From the NCBI GenBank assembly GCA_963665295.1, contig OY762209.1, positions 2,624,001 to 2,688,000 of the forward strand: a stretch of 64,000 nt of DNA, in the 5' to 3' direction. Below are positions 63,153 to 64,000 of the stretch, one piece after another. Source of the stretch: Syntrophorhabdaceae bacterium. Lineage in GTDB: Bacteria; Desulfobacterota; Syntrophorhabdia; Syntrophorhabdales; Syntrophorhabdaceae. The notes under the pieces were generated by a model that worked only from the letters and a program-made list of their open reading frames with translations, had not been told where the DNA came from and made no database searches. Made by a program: the position numbers and the translations under genes. The stretch's first letter is position 1. Each line of letters begins with the position of its first letter.

Positions 63153-64000
63153 ATGTCAAGCCTTCTCCATGTAGGAAGAGATGTCCCAAGGACCGCCGAG
63201 ATCGATAAGGTGACCGGGCGGTCCGTATATATCGATGACCTTGAAAGGCCGGGTATGCTCTACGGGAAGATACGCTACAGCGAGCACGCCCACGCAAAGA
63301 TCAAATCCATCGACACCGGGAAAGCCCGGAGGCTGCCCGGCGTGCGCGCCGTCATCACAGGTTACGACATACCGGACGTGCGGGTCGGCTTTATCAACGA
63401 CCAGTCCGTGTTGAAGCGCGGCGTGGTCCGCCAGTTCAGGGACGAGGTCGCAGCAGTGGCGGCCGTAACCCCGGAAATTGCGGCGGAGGCGGTGAGCCTG
63501 ATAGAAGTGGAATACGAGCCCCTTCCCGCCGTCTTCGACCCTATTCTCGCCATGGAGCCGGATGCGCCCCTTGTCCACGAGACGGATGCGAGGGGCCGCC
63601 CCTTGAGGAGCAACATCCTTCCTTTGCCCTGGAGGTTTTCCGCAGGAGACGTGGACCGGGCCAGGGAGGAGTCCGCGTTCGTGGTGACGGACAACCTCAC
63701 CACCACGTGGGTCAACCAGTGCTGCATGGGGACGAGCGGCTGCGTCGCCGAGTTTGACAGCAGCAACAACCTCACATTCCACAGCCAGACCAACGTCATC
63801 TTCGGCGCCAAGGGGAGGATCGGCGCGTACCTTGCAAAGATCGGCCTGAAAGGAAAAAAGATACGAGTCCTGAACCCCGTGGTGGGCGGCAGCTTCGGAA
63901 CCAAGCTCGACACGGACATCTATGAGTTCATCTGCATTCAACTGGCCTTGAAAAGCCGGAAACCAGTCAAGATCAGGTTCACGAGGGAAGAGGAGTTCAT
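63153..64000 (+). CDS. Molybdopterin-binding large subunit, xanthine dehydrogenase/CoxL/HcrA family; runs off window
   Basis: SD AGGAGG; manual translation DKVTGRSVYIDDL...HAHAKIKSID...PGVRAVITG...VGGSFGTK. Confidence 0.9.
   Translation, partial: MSSLLHVGRDVPRTAEIDKVTGRSVYIDDLERPGMLYGKIRYSEHAHAKIKSIDTGKARRLPGVRAVITGYDIPDVRVGFINDQSVLKRGVVRQFRDEVAAVAAVTPEIAAEAVSLIEVEYEPLPAVFDPILAMEPDAPLVHETDARGRPLRSNILPLPWRFSAGDVDRAREESAFVVTDNLTTTWVNQCCMGTSGCVAEFDSSNNLTFHSQTNVIFGAKGRIGAYLAKIGLKGKKIRVLNPVVGGSFGTKLDTDIYEFICIQLALKSRKPVKIRFTREEEF

Overview
Bacterial chromosome window, GC-rich in the core genes. Gene content (benzoate-CoA ligase, HgdAB/BzdNO-like pair, MvhD, xanthine-dehydrogenase-family Mo enzyme) suggests an anaerobic aromatic-degrading deltaproteobacterium such as Syntrophorhabdaceae; this is inference, not a database result. 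Housekeeping blocks include xseB-ispA-dxs-tlyA, purL, greA, alaA, modABC, arsR-acr3, two OmpR-type two-component systems, degP and two Na+/H+ antiporters. They surround an accessory region of about 17 kb (26.0-42.8 kb). That region carries: (i) a stand-alone, strongly diverged group II intron-like reverse transcriptase (FGDD, GMG instead of PQG) with no recognisable intron domain V/VI but a hairpin-rich upstream non-coding region; (ii) a secreted beta-propeller/BACON protein; (iii) two tandem IS66 copies plus two extra right ends; (iv) an inverted orphan toxin-tip/immunity cassette trapped between IS ends; and (v) a 2.2k-aa SpvB/FG-GAP/RHS polymorphic toxin with a JAB-like tip, an exported putative immunity protein and a G10 tract inside its predicted promoter. 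Other notable items: an in-frame amber codon in a chemoreceptor, back-to-back candidate monovalent-cation riboswitches ahead of the two antiporters, an IS1634 with intact ends and target duplication, and an AT-rich TRCTAAT palindrome array at an IS630 remnant. All family calls come from motif recognition by eye.
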